Below, one piece after another: positions 20,317-29,820 of a stretch of 41,078 bases of DNA. The notes under the pieces were generated by a model, which saw nothing but the letters and a program-made list of their open reading frames with translations, was not told the origin of the DNA and did not search any database. Origin of the DNA: Candidatus Eiseniibacteriota bacterium (GTDB lineage Bacteria > Arandabacterota > Arandabacteria > Arandabacterales > Arandabacteraceae). The DNA lies in assembly GCA_043810925.1 (NCBI GenBank), contig JBDRNT010000038.1, forward strand, positions 1-41,078, read 5' to 3'. Position 1 is the first letter of the stretch; each line of letters begins with the position of its first letter. A program made the position numbers and the translations under genes.

Positions 20317-21552
20317 ATGACTATGAGACAGTACATACGCGCCGCCACAGTGGCGGTGATCGCGGTTCTTCTACTTGTTCCTATTGCCGCCCGATGCCAG
20401 GGGAATCTTGAGATTCACTGCATTGACGTCGGTCAGGGTGACTGCACCCTTGTAATCTCGCCCACCGGCGGGACGCTGCTCTTTGACGCGGGCTGGAACG
20501 CCATGGGGAATTCGGTTGTAATCCCCTATCTTCAGAGCCTGGGCATTACCGGGCTCGATTATGTCTGTTGCTCCCACTATCATGCCGATCATATCGGCGG
20601 CCTGGACGAAGTGGTCAACTCTCTCGGTATAGACTCGCTGAGGGTGGCGGCGCTTGACCGGGGCTGGTCCTATACAACTCTGACGTACTCGGACTACGCT
20701 GCTGCGGTCGCCCCCAAGCGTACGACCATCTTAGACGGCCAGATTATAGACCTGGGTGGCGGCGTGACGGTCACCTGTATCGGCGTGAACGGAAACGGCG
20801 CGCTCTCACCACCGTTTGCAGGATCGGATGACGAGAATGATTACTGTGTCTCGTTGCTTGTCGAGTACGGGGACTTCGAGTTCTTCGTAGCAGGTGATCT
20901 CTCGGGTGTGAACTCATCGAGTTACACCGACATAGAGACTTCAGTAGCTCTTGAAATCGGCGACCTGGATGTTTACAGGGTGGATCACCACGGGAGTGCA
21001 AGCAACTCGAATGCCAATCTCGTATCGACGTTTCAACCCGAGGTTTCTATAATCTCAGTCGGCAGCAACTCTTATGGTCACCCTACCCAGACCGTGCTCA
21101 ATAGACTGGTCTCCTACGGGAGTTACATCTATCAGACCGAAGTTGGCAGCGGCGGCACCATACCGCCGGGTGAGGGAGAAGTCGTCGGTGGACATGTCGT
21201 CATAGTAGTCGGGGCCGGCCAGTATACGGTGGACGGAGACCCTTATGATCTCGGTTCATCCGGTGTCCGGATTGCCGGCCGTGAGATCTCCCTTAAGGTC
21301 TTCCCCAATCCCTTTACCAGTCAGACTACATTCGGATTCAGCGTGCCCGAGGAAGGTCGTGTCACGCTTGATGTCTTTGACACTACCGGCCGGTTCATTA
21401 ACGGGTTCTCAACTCCGGGATCTGCCAGCTCCTCCGGAACGCTGACCTGGGACGGCCGCACGTTCTCGGGTGAGAGTGTGTCTCCCGGAGTCTATTTCGT
21501 GCGTCTCCGGGGTGCATCCGCGGTGACGGCTCACAAGGTCGTAAAGAGGTAA
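20317..21552 (+). CDS. secreted MBL-fold (ComEC-C-terminal-like) hydrolase with T9SS-type C-terminal sorting domain
   Basis: Signal peptide. Motifs IDVGQGDCTLV and HYHADHIGG. C-terminal FPNPFTSQT...VTLDVFDTTGR...WDGR...GVYFVRL...KVVKR, which is FlgD-Ig / T9SS CTD-like. Confidence 0.8.
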   Translation: MTMRQYIRAATVAVIAVLLLVPIAARCQGNLEIHCIDVGQGDCTLVISPTGGTLLFDAGWNAMGNSVVIPYLQSLGITGLDYVCCSHYHADHIGGLDEVVNSLGIDSLRVAALDRGWSYTTLTYSDYAAAVAPKRTTILDGQIIDLGGGVTVTCIGVNGNGALSPPFAGSDDENDYCVSLLVEYGDFEFFVAGDLSGVNSSSYTDIETSVALEIGDLDVYRVDHHGSASNSNANLVSTFQPEVSIISVGSNSYGHPTQTVLNRLVSYGSYIYQTEVGSGGTIPPGEGEVVGGHVVIVVGAGQYTVDGDPYDLGSSGVRIAGREISLKVFPNPFTSQTTFGFSVPEEGRVTLDVFDTTGRFINGFSTPGSASSSGTLTWDGRTFSGESVSPGVYFVRLRGASAVTAHKVVKR

Positions 21553-21688
21553 GACCGCTCGCCACATCGCCGGGGATTGACCCCAGTTTGTGCCTGCCTA
21601 CCCGTGCGGCTTGACATCACGCCCGCCGATACCGTATAACCACTATGAGTTGGGGATGTTGGGACCGATGAGGGAGGAGATAAGGGAG

Positions 21689-22894
21689 ATGCCTACATAC
21701 TCGCATTCGAGACTTGAGACCTATCAGAATTGCCCCATGCAGTACAAGCTTCAGTATATCGACAAGATTGAAGTTGAAGAGCGGGACTCCGTCGAGGCCT
21801 TTCTCGGGAGCAAGGTCCATGAAACGCTCGAGAAACTCTATCGGGATGTCCGCATGATGAAGATCCCTACCCTCGAAGAGGTGATCTCGCATTTCGACAC
21901 GCTCTGGGATGAGGAATGGCATGACGGAATCAAGATCGTTAAGAAGGACTATACGGCTGCGAACTACAAAGAGGTGGGGCACCGCTGCATAAAGGACTAC
22001 TACGAGCAGCACTATCCCTTTGACGAGTCCCGCACAATCTCGCTTGAAAACCTGATCTTCTTCCCGCTTGATGAAGAGAAGGATTACTGGCTGAGAGGTG
22101 TGATAGACCGGCTTGCAGTTGCCAAAGACGGGATATATGAAATCCATGACTACAAGACCTCAAGCCGGCTGCCTTCCCAGAATAAGGTGGACAAGGACCG
22201 GCAACTCGCGCTTTACCACATAGCGGTCCAGGGGATGTGGCCCGACGTGAAGGACATAGAGCTCGTCTGGCACTATCTTGCCTTTGGCAAGGAAATGAGG
22301 TCACGAAGGACCCCTGAGCAACTGGAAGATACGAAGAAGCAGGTTATGGATCTCATCGGCGAGATTGAAAAGGACACGCAGTTTCGCCCCAAAGAGACTG
22401 CACTCTGTGATTGGTGTGCCTACACGGAGCACTGCCCGGCGAAAAGACACAGCAGCCTTACCGAGAACCTCCCGCCGAACGAGTACCTCAAGGAGCCCGG
22501 TGTCAAACTGGTGAGCAAGTTCGCGGAGCTCGACAAGCAGAAACGCGAAGTCGAAAGTGAGATCGCGCGTGTCAAGGACGCGCTCATTCATTATGCGAAG
22601 AAGAACAATGTCCAGGCCGTGAAGGGGAGCGGTCACAGGGTTATCGTCCGCTTCTACAGGGGACTTGGGTTTCCGGGAAAGGACGATCCGGCAAGGCCTG
22701 AACTCGAGAATCTTGTGAAGGAACTCGGGCTCTGGGAGAGAGTGTCGGTCTTTAGCCCGGTGAGTCTCGCCAAACTCGTCGAGGGTGGAGCGCTTGATCC
22801 GGATGTCGCAGAGAGGCTGAGCCGGATGGGGAAAGAGGAAGAGCGGCCGTGGGTCAAGCTCTCCAGGTTCGGCCGTGGGGGCGAGGGGTTCTAG
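21689..22894 (+). CDS. PD-(D/E)XK nuclease family protein, Cas4/AddB-like with Fe-S Cys cluster and a ~150 aa C-terminal extension
   Basis: Motifs YSHSRLETYQNCP (N-terminal Cys), VIDRL...EIHDYK (D...ExK), QLALYH (QxxxY) and CDWCAYTEHC (Cx2Cx5C). The start was set to ATG 21689 with AGGGAGGAG 9 nt upstream. ATG 21668 is an alternative. Confidence 0.75.
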   Translation: MPTYSHSRLETYQNCPMQYKLQYIDKIEVEERDSVEAFLGSKVHETLEKLYRDVRMMKIPTLEEVISHFDTLWDEEWHDGIKIVKKDYTAANYKEVGHRCIKDYYEQHYPFDESRTISLENLIFFPLDEEKDYWLRGVIDRLAVAKDGIYEIHDYKTSSRLPSQNKVDKDRQLALYHIAVQGMWPDVKDIELVWHYLAFGKEMRSRRTPEQLEDTKKQVMDLIGEIEKDTQFRPKETALCDWCAYTEHCPAKRHSSLTENLPPNEYLKEPGVKLVSKFAELDKQKREVESEIARVKDALIHYAKKNNVQAVKGSGHRVIVRFYRGLGFPGKDDPARPELENLVKELGLWERVSVFSPVSLAKLVEGGALDPDVAERLSRMGKEEERPWVKLSRFGRGGEGF

Positions 22895-22952
22895 CTGCGA
22901 CGGTTGACAACCCTGTGGTTCCATGAGACAATGAATTGAAGCCGGTGGCGCC

Positions 22953-23909
22953 GTGATCCCTATGATCAAATCGAAACCATTCTCAGCCTTGATATTTGCC
23001 GCAGTCTTAATCACATTCTACGTGTCTTGCTCCCACCTTGATGTCAGGATGGGGATGGGTGACGGCAACGGCGTCGGGCTCTCCTACAGGATAGTGGGCA
23101 AGGGCAATCCTCTGGTTGTAATCCACGATGGCCCCGGCTATGAGAAGTCGCTGATGTACGCCGGTTTTGACAACCTTGCGTCTGATCTGAGGGTCATATA
23201 CTACGATCAGCGTGGATGCGGGAGGTCTGAGCCCCTTTCTCCCGTGACCTCATCGACCATCGCCGATAACATCGAGGACCTGGAAGCCCTGAGACGCTAT
23301 TTCCATCTTGAGAAGTTCTCGATCGCCGCGCACGGATGGGGTGCCGTCATCGCTCTTGAATATACCCGGAAGTACCAGAAGTACATTGACTCGATCGTGC
23401 TCTTGACGCCCATATCGCCGTTCTCACCTCAGCCTCGTGATGAGACCATACTGGAGAGGCTTCCGGCCGAGGTTCAGCAATCGGTGGCGGAAGTGCTCAG
23501 TCAGCCGACCATGTCGATGCTGGAACGTAAGGAAAGGATCATGAAACTGGTGATGCCTTCACTCTTCTACCGGTCGGAGGCTTCAAGATCCATCGATTTC
23601 AGGCGACTCAGATACTCGGCCGATGTGAACATCAGGTTGAGTGATGAGCTGGGATCGCTCAATCTGTTCCCGGTGCTCGGTGAGATAACAGTCCCCACAC
23701 TTGTGGTCATAGGCAGGCATGATATCACGACGCCTGTAAGGGACCAGATGGCGTATGCTGATGGCATTCGCAGCGCGAGCGCCGTCGTGTTCAATGGAAG
23801 CGGTCACTTCCCGTTTGTCGAGGAGCACGCGTTCTTCACGAACGTAGTGAGAGAGTTCCTGCTTAACGGGCGTATACCTGCCCTGGTCCACGCCGTGGAC
23901 GTGCGCTAA
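22953..23909 (+). CDS. alpha/beta hydrolase, prolyl aminopeptidase-like, with Gly in place of the nucleophile Ser
   Basis: VVIHDGPGYEKS and YYDQRGCGRSEP match the prolyl-aminopeptidase N-terminus. The nucleophile elbow reads AAHGWGA where GGSWGS is expected. Asp (GRHD) and His (SGHFPF) are retained. Confidence 0.8.
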   Translation: MIPMIKSKPFSALIFAAVLITFYVSCSHLDVRMGMGDGNGVGLSYRIVGKGNPLVVIHDGPGYEKSLMYAGFDNLASDLRVIYYDQRGCGRSEPLSPVTSSTIADNIEDLEALRRYFHLEKFSIAAHGWGAVIALEYTRKYQKYIDSIVLLTPISPFSPQPRDETILERLPAEVQQSVAEVLSQPTMSMLERKERIMKLVMPSLFYRSEASRSIDFRRLRYSADVNIRLSDELGSLNLFPVLGEITVPTLVVIGRHDITTPVRDQMAYADGIRSASAVVFNGSGHFPFVEEHAFFTNVVREFLLNGRIPALVHAVDVR

Positions 23910-23963
23910 GGTCGGGCACGGAGGCCCGAAGCTACGCTCTATTTCATCGCGGCCCTGTCTGGA

Positions 23964-24062
23964 GATTGCCGCGTCACTGCGTTCCTCGCAACGACACCTC
24001 CATGTGCCGGATTGCCGCGGCTTCTTAGGAGCCTCGCTATGGGCACTGCGCCCGCAATAACC
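23964..24062. repeat. REP-like structured repeat, locus 2 (units A' and C')
   Basis: GATTGCCGCGTCACTGCGTTCCTCGCAACGACACCTCCATGTGCCG followed by GATTGCCGCGGCTTCTTAGGAGCC...GGGCACTGCGCCCGCAATAACC. Homologous to 13428-13571. Confidence 0.7.
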
Positions 24063-24141
24063 CTGGTCATGGAATATGGCGGTTGCGGATGCACCTTCAA
24101 TGAGGTAATCTCTTCTTAAGATTCACGAGCGAGGTTAATCT

Positions 24142-25143
24142 GTGACACGCGCGGTAGGATGGGCAACAGCTGTCTTAACGGCCTGGATGCTGCTGTCCTG
24201 TGGAGTATCCGTTGCTTCGAGTCCCCTTGTCGAAAAGGCAAGAACGCTTGTAGATAAGCGGCAGGACACCGAGGCCGAGACGCTTCTCCTCGAGGCCATC
24301 GAGGAGGGCGCCCGGGAGCATGAAGCGTACTTCCTCCTGGCCAAAATCCACCTGAGGCGACAGGATCACAAAACGGCCGTGAAATTCGCAGAGCGGGCGA
24401 TCAAGATCGATGATTCCATCTCAGAGTACCACCTCTGGCTTGCACGGTCCTACCTGGCCAAGGCAATGGAATCGGGGATGGTCAGCGCCTTCCGGTATGC
24501 GAGAAGGGGCAAAGGTGAATACGAGAAGGCAATTGAGCTCGATTCGACCAACACGGAGGCGAGGTTCGAGCTTTGCATGTACCTGGTCGCGGCCCCGGGA
24601 ATGGTCGGTGGTGACAAGGATAAAGGTGTCGAGCAAGCGACCATAATAGAGAAACAGGACTCGCTCTTCGGTGCCTACGCGTGGGCGGGCATCTGGGAAC
24701 AGGATGATGAATTCGAGAAGGCGGAGGCATCACTCAGGAGCGCCGTGGTGCTGGACACATCATCGTCTCACTACGCCATGTATGCGCTCGGCTTCTTCTT
24801 TGAGCGCAGGGAGAGATACGACGAAGCCGAGGGTGTCTTCAAAGAGATCTTAGAGATAGAACCCGATGACATGGGAGCTCTCTTTCAGGTCGGCAGGATC
24901 TATGTTCTGGCCGAACGGAATCTCGACGAGGCCGAAACTTGTTTCAAGCGGTACCTCGAGGTGGAACCGCGTCCCAATTCTCCTGATTGGGCAGCTGCAC
25001 ACTGGCGGCTGGGGATGGTCTATGACCTGCAGGGCATGACCGATCCGGCACTCACCGAGCTCAGGAAGGCGGTCGAGATGGCGCCGGACAATAAGGAGTA
25101 TCAGAAGACCCTCAAGAACGTGGAGAAAAAGCAAGAAGGCTGA
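24142..25143 (+). CDS. TPR-repeat protein with signal peptide
   Basis: Signal peptide MTRAVGWATAVLTAWMLLSCGVSVA. Multiple TPR-like helices (AYFLLAKIHLRRQDHKTAVKFAERAIKID, HWRLGMVYDLQGM). Confidence 0.75.
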   Translation: MTRAVGWATAVLTAWMLLSCGVSVASSPLVEKARTLVDKRQDTEAETLLLEAIEEGAREHEAYFLLAKIHLRRQDHKTAVKFAERAIKIDDSISEYHLWLARSYLAKAMESGMVSAFRYARRGKGEYEKAIELDSTNTEARFELCMYLVAAPGMVGGDKDKGVEQATIIEKQDSLFGAYAWAGIWEQDDEFEKAEASLRSAVVLDTSSSHYAMYALGFFFERRERYDEAEGVFKEILEIEPDDMGALFQVGRIYVLAERNLDEAETCFKRYLEVEPRPNSPDWAAAHWRLGMVYDLQGMTDPALTELRKAVEMAPDNKEYQKTLKNVEKKQEG

Positions 25144-25170
25144 CATCTGATTTCTTAAAGGGGGACTGAG

Positions 25171-26382
25171 GTGGAGAAACGGCAGCTATCCTCAGCCGAT
25201 CTGATTCGGTTGGCTGAAACCTACAGCGCCCACAATTACCGCCCCCTGCCGGTTGTACTATCCAGGGGGGAGGGCGTTTGGGTATGGGATGTCGAAGGTA
25301 AGAAGTACATGGACATGTTGAGCTCATATTCCGCGCTCAACCAGGGACATGTTCACCCGGCGATCATCAAGGCCGCGAGCGAGCAGATGGGGAAACTCAC
25401 TCTGACATCCAGGGCTTTTCACAATGACCGGTTCGGCGTTTTCTGTGAGCTTATCTGCAAGGTCGCCGGCCAGGAAAGCGCGCTCCTCATGAACACGGGT
25501 GCTGAAGCCGTGGAGACGGCAGTCAAGGCGGTGAGAAAGTGGGGCTACAAGGTCAAGGGTGTTCCCGCGGATGAGGCCGAGTTAATCGTGTGTAAGAACA
25601 ACTTCCACGGGAGGACGACGACGATCGTGGGCTTCTCCTCGGAAGAACGGTACCGCGATGGTTTCGGGCCGTTCTCTCCGGGTTTCAAGATGATTCCCTA
25701 TGATGATATCGAGGCACTCCGGAATGCCATAACTCCGAACACTGTAGGCTTCCTGGTCGAACCCATCCAGGGTGAGGCAGGCATCATCATGCCGGCCGAT
25801 GGTTATCTCAAGCAGGCAAGTGAAATCCTCAAGGCCAACAACGTGCTCCTGATGCTCGATGAAATCCAGACGGGTCTCGGGCGAACGGGAAAACTCTTCT
25901 GTTATGAGTATGAAGATGTGAAACCCGACATATTGATCGTGGGGAAGGCCCTCGGAGGAGGAGTCTTTCCCGTCTCCGCAATGCTGTCCGGCAAAGAGGT
26001 GATGGATGTATTCACACCGGGTGATCACGGGAGCACCTTCGGTGGCAACCCTCTGGCATGTGCGATCGGAATCGCGGCACTCAATGTGATTGTCGGTGAG
26101 GATCTGCCGCGCAAAGCCGAGGAGTCGGGCCGCTACTTTATGGACAGGCTCGCGCAAGTGGAATCTCCGCATATCAAGGAAGTAAGAGGTAAGGGACTCC
26201 TGGTCGGTGTGGAGGTCAAAGAGAGTTCAGGAACTGCCAGACCATTCTGCGAACGCCTGATGGACCTTGGCATCCTGGCCAAAGAGACCCATCGCCAGGT
26301 GATTAGATTTGCCCCCCCGCTTGTGATCTCGAAGCCTGAGATCGACTGGGCGCTGGAACGTATCGAGAAGGTGCTCCGATGA
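25171..26382 (+). CDS. rocD: ornithine aminotransferase (class-III PLP aminotransferase)
   Basis: Motifs NFHGRTTT, DEIQTGLGRTGK and GKALGGG. Length about 400 aa. GTG start after AAGGGGGA. Confidence 0.75.
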   Translation: MEKRQLSSADLIRLAETYSAHNYRPLPVVLSRGEGVWVWDVEGKKYMDMLSSYSALNQGHVHPAIIKAASEQMGKLTLTSRAFHNDRFGVFCELICKVAGQESALLMNTGAEAVETAVKAVRKWGYKVKGVPADEAELIVCKNNFHGRTTTIVGFSSEERYRDGFGPFSPGFKMIPYDDIEALRNAITPNTVGFLVEPIQGEAGIIMPADGYLKQASEILKANNVLLMLDEIQTGLGRTGKLFCYEYEDVKPDILIVGKALGGGVFPVSAMLSGKEVMDVFTPGDHGSTFGGNPLACAIGIAALNVIVGEDLPRKAEESGRYFMDRLAQVESPHIKEVRGKGLLVGVEVKESSGTARPFCERLMDLGILAKETHRQVIRFAPPLVISKPEIDWALERIEKVLR

Positions 26383-27779
26383 GATATCTTCACCGGCTGC
26401 CGGCGGTGTTGGCCTGCGTAGCCCTTATCCTTTGCCAATACCCGACGATAGCACTCGCTACGAGACCGGCCGAATTCCAACCGGTGAGCCATCCGGAATG
26501 GAGTCGAAACGCGAGCATCTATGAAGTCAATATAAGGCAGTATTCCCCCGGCGGGACCTTCGCGGAGTTTGAGGAGCATCTCCCGCGGCTTAAGGACATG
26601 GGGGTCGATATCCTCTGGTTGATGCCCATACACCCGATCGGGGAGCAGAACCGCAAGGGTACGCTTGGAAGCTATTACTCGGTCAAAGACTACAGAGCCG
26701 TGAACCCGGAGTTCGGGACAATGGCCGACTTCGAAGCCCTGGTCAAGCGGATCCATAACATGGGGATGTATGTGATCATCGACTGGGTGGCCAACCACTC
26801 CGCCTGGGACAACCCACTTACGCTTGACCATCCCGACTGGTTCGCAAGAGATGTTCACGGGAACTTCGTTCCGCCGAACAAGGACTGGACGGATGTGATC
26901 GATATCGACTTCTCTAACCCCGAACTTCGACGGTACATGATCGATGCCATGAAATTCTGGGTGGAGGAGGTGGGCATCGACGGCTTCAGGTGTGATGTTG
27001 CGGGCATGGTCCCAATCGATTTCTGGAATGCGGCACGTGCCGAACTGGATGAAGTCAAACCCGTCTTCATGCTGGCCGAGTGGGAATCACCCGAGCATCA
27101 TCAATATGCTTTTGACATGACCTATGCGTGGGGTCTGCACGATCTCATGAAGAAGCTTTCCAGGAGAACGCTTCCTGCGAGCGCCCTGGGGGTCTACCTT
27201 GAAAAGGAAGCCGGTACATATCCTGAGGATGCGTACCGGATGTACTTCACATCCAACCATGATCTGAATTCCTGGGATGGCACGGTCTCCGAGCGCCTGG
27301 GCAGTGCAGGCGAGGTCCTGGCCGTGATGAGCGCCACCCTCGGTGGCATGCCTCTCATATACAGCGGCCAGGAGGCGGGCCTCGACAGACAACTAGCGTT
27401 CTTCGAAAAGGACGAGATCGTCTGGAAAGAGCATCGCATGGCGCAGGTCTATTCAGCCCTTTTTCATCTCAAGCACCACAACAGGGCGCTCTGGAACGGT
27501 GCGTCGGGCGGGGGTGTGACGTGGGTTCATACGTCCAATGACGGGGCCGTGTTTGCCTTTGTAAGGGAGCGCGCCGGGGATAAGGTCTTCGTTGTCCTCA
27601 ATCTTTCGGATACCGACCAGAAGGTCGAACTCACGGGGTCGGGCTTCGCAGGTGGCTATGCTGAAGTGCTTACGGCGAATGCTCAGGAGAAAGCACCGGT
27701 TGATGTATACTTCGCCGGCGGAGAGATGATTAATCTCTCTCCCTGGGATTACAGGGTTTATACAGCTTCAGAGAGGTGA
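26379..27779 (+). CDS. GH13 alpha-amylase family glycoside hydrolase, secreted
   Basis: Signal peptide. Motifs DWVANHS, GFRCDVAG, EWESPE and FTSNHD. The start overlaps rocD's stop (ATGA). Confidence 0.85.
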   Translation: MRYLHRLPAVLACVALILCQYPTIALATRPAEFQPVSHPEWSRNASIYEVNIRQYSPGGTFAEFEEHLPRLKDMGVDILWLMPIHPIGEQNRKGTLGSYYSVKDYRAVNPEFGTMADFEALVKRIHNMGMYVIIDWVANHSAWDNPLTLDHPDWFARDVHGNFVPPNKDWTDVIDIDFSNPELRRYMIDAMKFWVEEVGIDGFRCDVAGMVPIDFWNAARAELDEVKPVFMLAEWESPEHHQYAFDMTYAWGLHDLMKKLSRRTLPASALGVYLEKEAGTYPEDAYRMYFTSNHDLNSWDGTVSERLGSAGEVLAVMSATLGGMPLIYSGQEAGLDRQLAFFEKDEIVWKEHRMAQVYSALFHLKHHNRALWNGASGGGVTWVHTSNDGAVFAFVRERAGDKVFVVLNLSDTDQKVELTGSGFAGGYAEVLTANAQEKAPVDVYFAGGEMINLSPWDYRVYTASER

Positions 27780-27837
27780 GACAGGACTCTGAAACAGACC
27801 GGCATTTGACTGTTCCCGACTGGCAGGAGGTAGCGAC

Positions 27838-28116
27838 ATGGAAAATCCAAGCACGTACGACAAGGCCAAAGAGCGGGTGGAGGAGAAACTGGGTTTTTAC
27901 AGCCACATCGCAGCCTATGTGGTAGTCAACCTGATTCTCATCTTCGTCAATCTCACGCAGTCCCCGAATGAACTGTGGTTCTACTGGCCGCTTGGAGGCT
28001 GGGGGATCGGCGTGTTCTTCCACGGGATGAGCACGTTCGTGTGGGGTGAGGGCTCGTCGATCAAAGAACGCATGATCGAGAAGGAGATGGAGAAGCGGGG
28101 GGCTGCGAAAGAATAA
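27838..28116 (+). CDS. 2TM-domain small membrane protein
   Basis: FYSHIAAYVVVNLILIFVNL and WFYWPLGGWGIGVFFHG motifs. Strong ribosome-binding site GGCAGGAGG. Confidence 0.75.
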   Translation: MENPSTYDKAKERVEEKLGFYSHIAAYVVVNLILIFVNLTQSPNELWFYWPLGGWGIGVFFHGMSTFVWGEGSSIKERMIEKEMEKRGAAKE

Positions 28117-28176
28117 GGCCCTGGCGTTGTGCGGTGTGAGGCGAAGTGGTCCCGCCGGATGAAGGGAGTTCCCCTT

Positions 28177-29820
28177 ATGAAGGAGCATCCTGCTATATCG
28201 TTGCTGCTAATCTGGACTTTGGTTCTATCCGTGTGCGGCGGCGCCTTTGCCTGCACCAATTTGCTGGTCACAAAGGGGGCGTCTGCCGACGGTTCGGTGA
28301 TGATCACTTACACCTGCGACGGTGAGTTTCATCCCCACCTTGAGTATGAACCGGGGGCGGATTACGAACCCGGCGATTCGCTCGACATAACCGATTGGTA
28401 CGGTAACATGAAGGGCAGGGTGGAGCAGGTTCCGCACACGTATTCGATTGTGCATCTCATGAATGAGCACCAGCTCGCCATAGGTGAGACGACCTTTGGT
28501 GGCCGTGAGGAGCTCAAGAACCCGGGGGGTATCCTGCATTACTGGGACCTTATGTATCTGGCCCTTCACAGGGCAAGGACCGCGCGTGAAGCCATAAAGG
28601 TCATAACCGGTCTGGTTGCCGAATATGGTTACAGATCTGAAGGCGAATCCTTCTCGATCGCCGACACCGAGGAGGCCTGGATACTCGAGATGATAGGGCC
28701 CGGCGAGGGTGGGGAAGGAGCGGAGTGGGTGGCGGTGAGGGTGCCGGACGGGTACATTTCCTGCCACGCCAACAAGGCCCGGATAGGTGAATTTCCGCTG
28801 GATGATCCTTCCGCCTGTGTCTATTCAGACAACGTGATATCGTTTGCCGTCGAGAGGGGTTACTACGATCCGGAGTCGGGCGAGCCCTTCCGCTTCTGTG
28901 ATGTCTACTGCCCTCCGACACCTGAGAACCGCAAGTACTGTAGCTCACGCGTCTGGAGCATCTTCCGCCGTGCGGCTCCGTCCAGAGACTTTTCTTCCGA
29001 CTACCATCGCAGCGTTGAAGGTTCCGAACCCTATCCGCTCTGGATAAAGCCGGATACAAAGCTCTCACTCGGAGATGTCTTCTCACTGATGCGTGATCAC
29101 TATGACGGGACATCTTATGATATGACTGAGGGAGTCGACGCAGGACCCTACGGCAACCCCAATCGTTGGAGACCGATAACCTGGAGCGTGGATAGCGTCG
29201 AGTGCGCATGGGAACGTCCTATCTCGACCCAGCAGACCGGATTTTCGATAGTGTCACAGTCAAGATCATGGCTCCCGGATGCCGTGGGTGGGGTTCTCTG
29301 GTACGGGGTCGACGATACTTATACGACCTGCTATGTACCGCTCTACTGCTGTATCGACAGCCTGCCCGGGTCTTACACTGTCGGAAGCCTGCAGGAGTTC
29401 TCGTGGGATTCGGCGTGGTGGATCTTCAATCTCGTGGCAAACTACGCATGTCTTAAATATTCATACATGGTCCCCGAGATTCAGGCCGTCCAGAGCGATA
29501 TCGAAGGCACATTCATGGCGCTTCAACCGTCGGTTGAGCAAACAGCACTTCAGCTTGCGAAGTCCGATCCGGCGCTCATGAAACGCTACCTGACCGGGTA
29601 CTCGATCACACAGGCCGAAATGGTGATGTCACGCTGGCAGGACCTGGCCGGACACTTAATAACAAAGTATAACGACGGCTATGTGAAGAACGCCGAAGGA
29701 GAAGCCGAGGAGAAGGGATATCCCGATGCCTGGCTGCGCGATGTTTTCAGGTTGCGTCCGGAACAGTTCATACTCAAACCCGAAGAAAACGAAGACACCG
29801 ACTGGGATCTTGTCGACTAA
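28177..29820 (+). CDS. peptidase C69 family dipeptidase, secreted
   Basis: Signal peptide ending AFA, then CTNLLVTKGASADGSVMITY, which is the C69 N-terminal Cys nucleophile. Start ATG 28177 after GAAGGGAG. Confidence 0.8.
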   Translation: MKEHPAISLLLIWTLVLSVCGGAFACTNLLVTKGASADGSVMITYTCDGEFHPHLEYEPGADYEPGDSLDITDWYGNMKGRVEQVPHTYSIVHLMNEHQLAIGETTFGGREELKNPGGILHYWDLMYLALHRARTAREAIKVITGLVAEYGYRSEGESFSIADTEEAWILEMIGPGEGGEGAEWVAVRVPDGYISCHANKARIGEFPLDDPSACVYSDNVISFAVERGYYDPESGEPFRFCDVYCPPTPENRKYCSSRVWSIFRRAAPSRDFSSDYHRSVEGSEPYPLWIKPDTKLSLGDVFSLMRDHYDGTSYDMTEGVDAGPYGNPNRWRPITWSVDSVECAWERPISTQQTGFSIVSQSRSWLPDAVGGVLWYGVDDTYTTCYVPLYCCIDSLPGSYTVGSLQEFSWDSAWWIFNLVANYACLKYSYMVPEIQAVQSDIEGTFMALQPSVEQTALQLAKSDPALMKRYLTGYSITQAEMVMSRWQDLAGHLITKYNDGYVKNAEGEAEEKGYPDAWLRDVFRLRPEQFILKPEENEDTDWDLVD

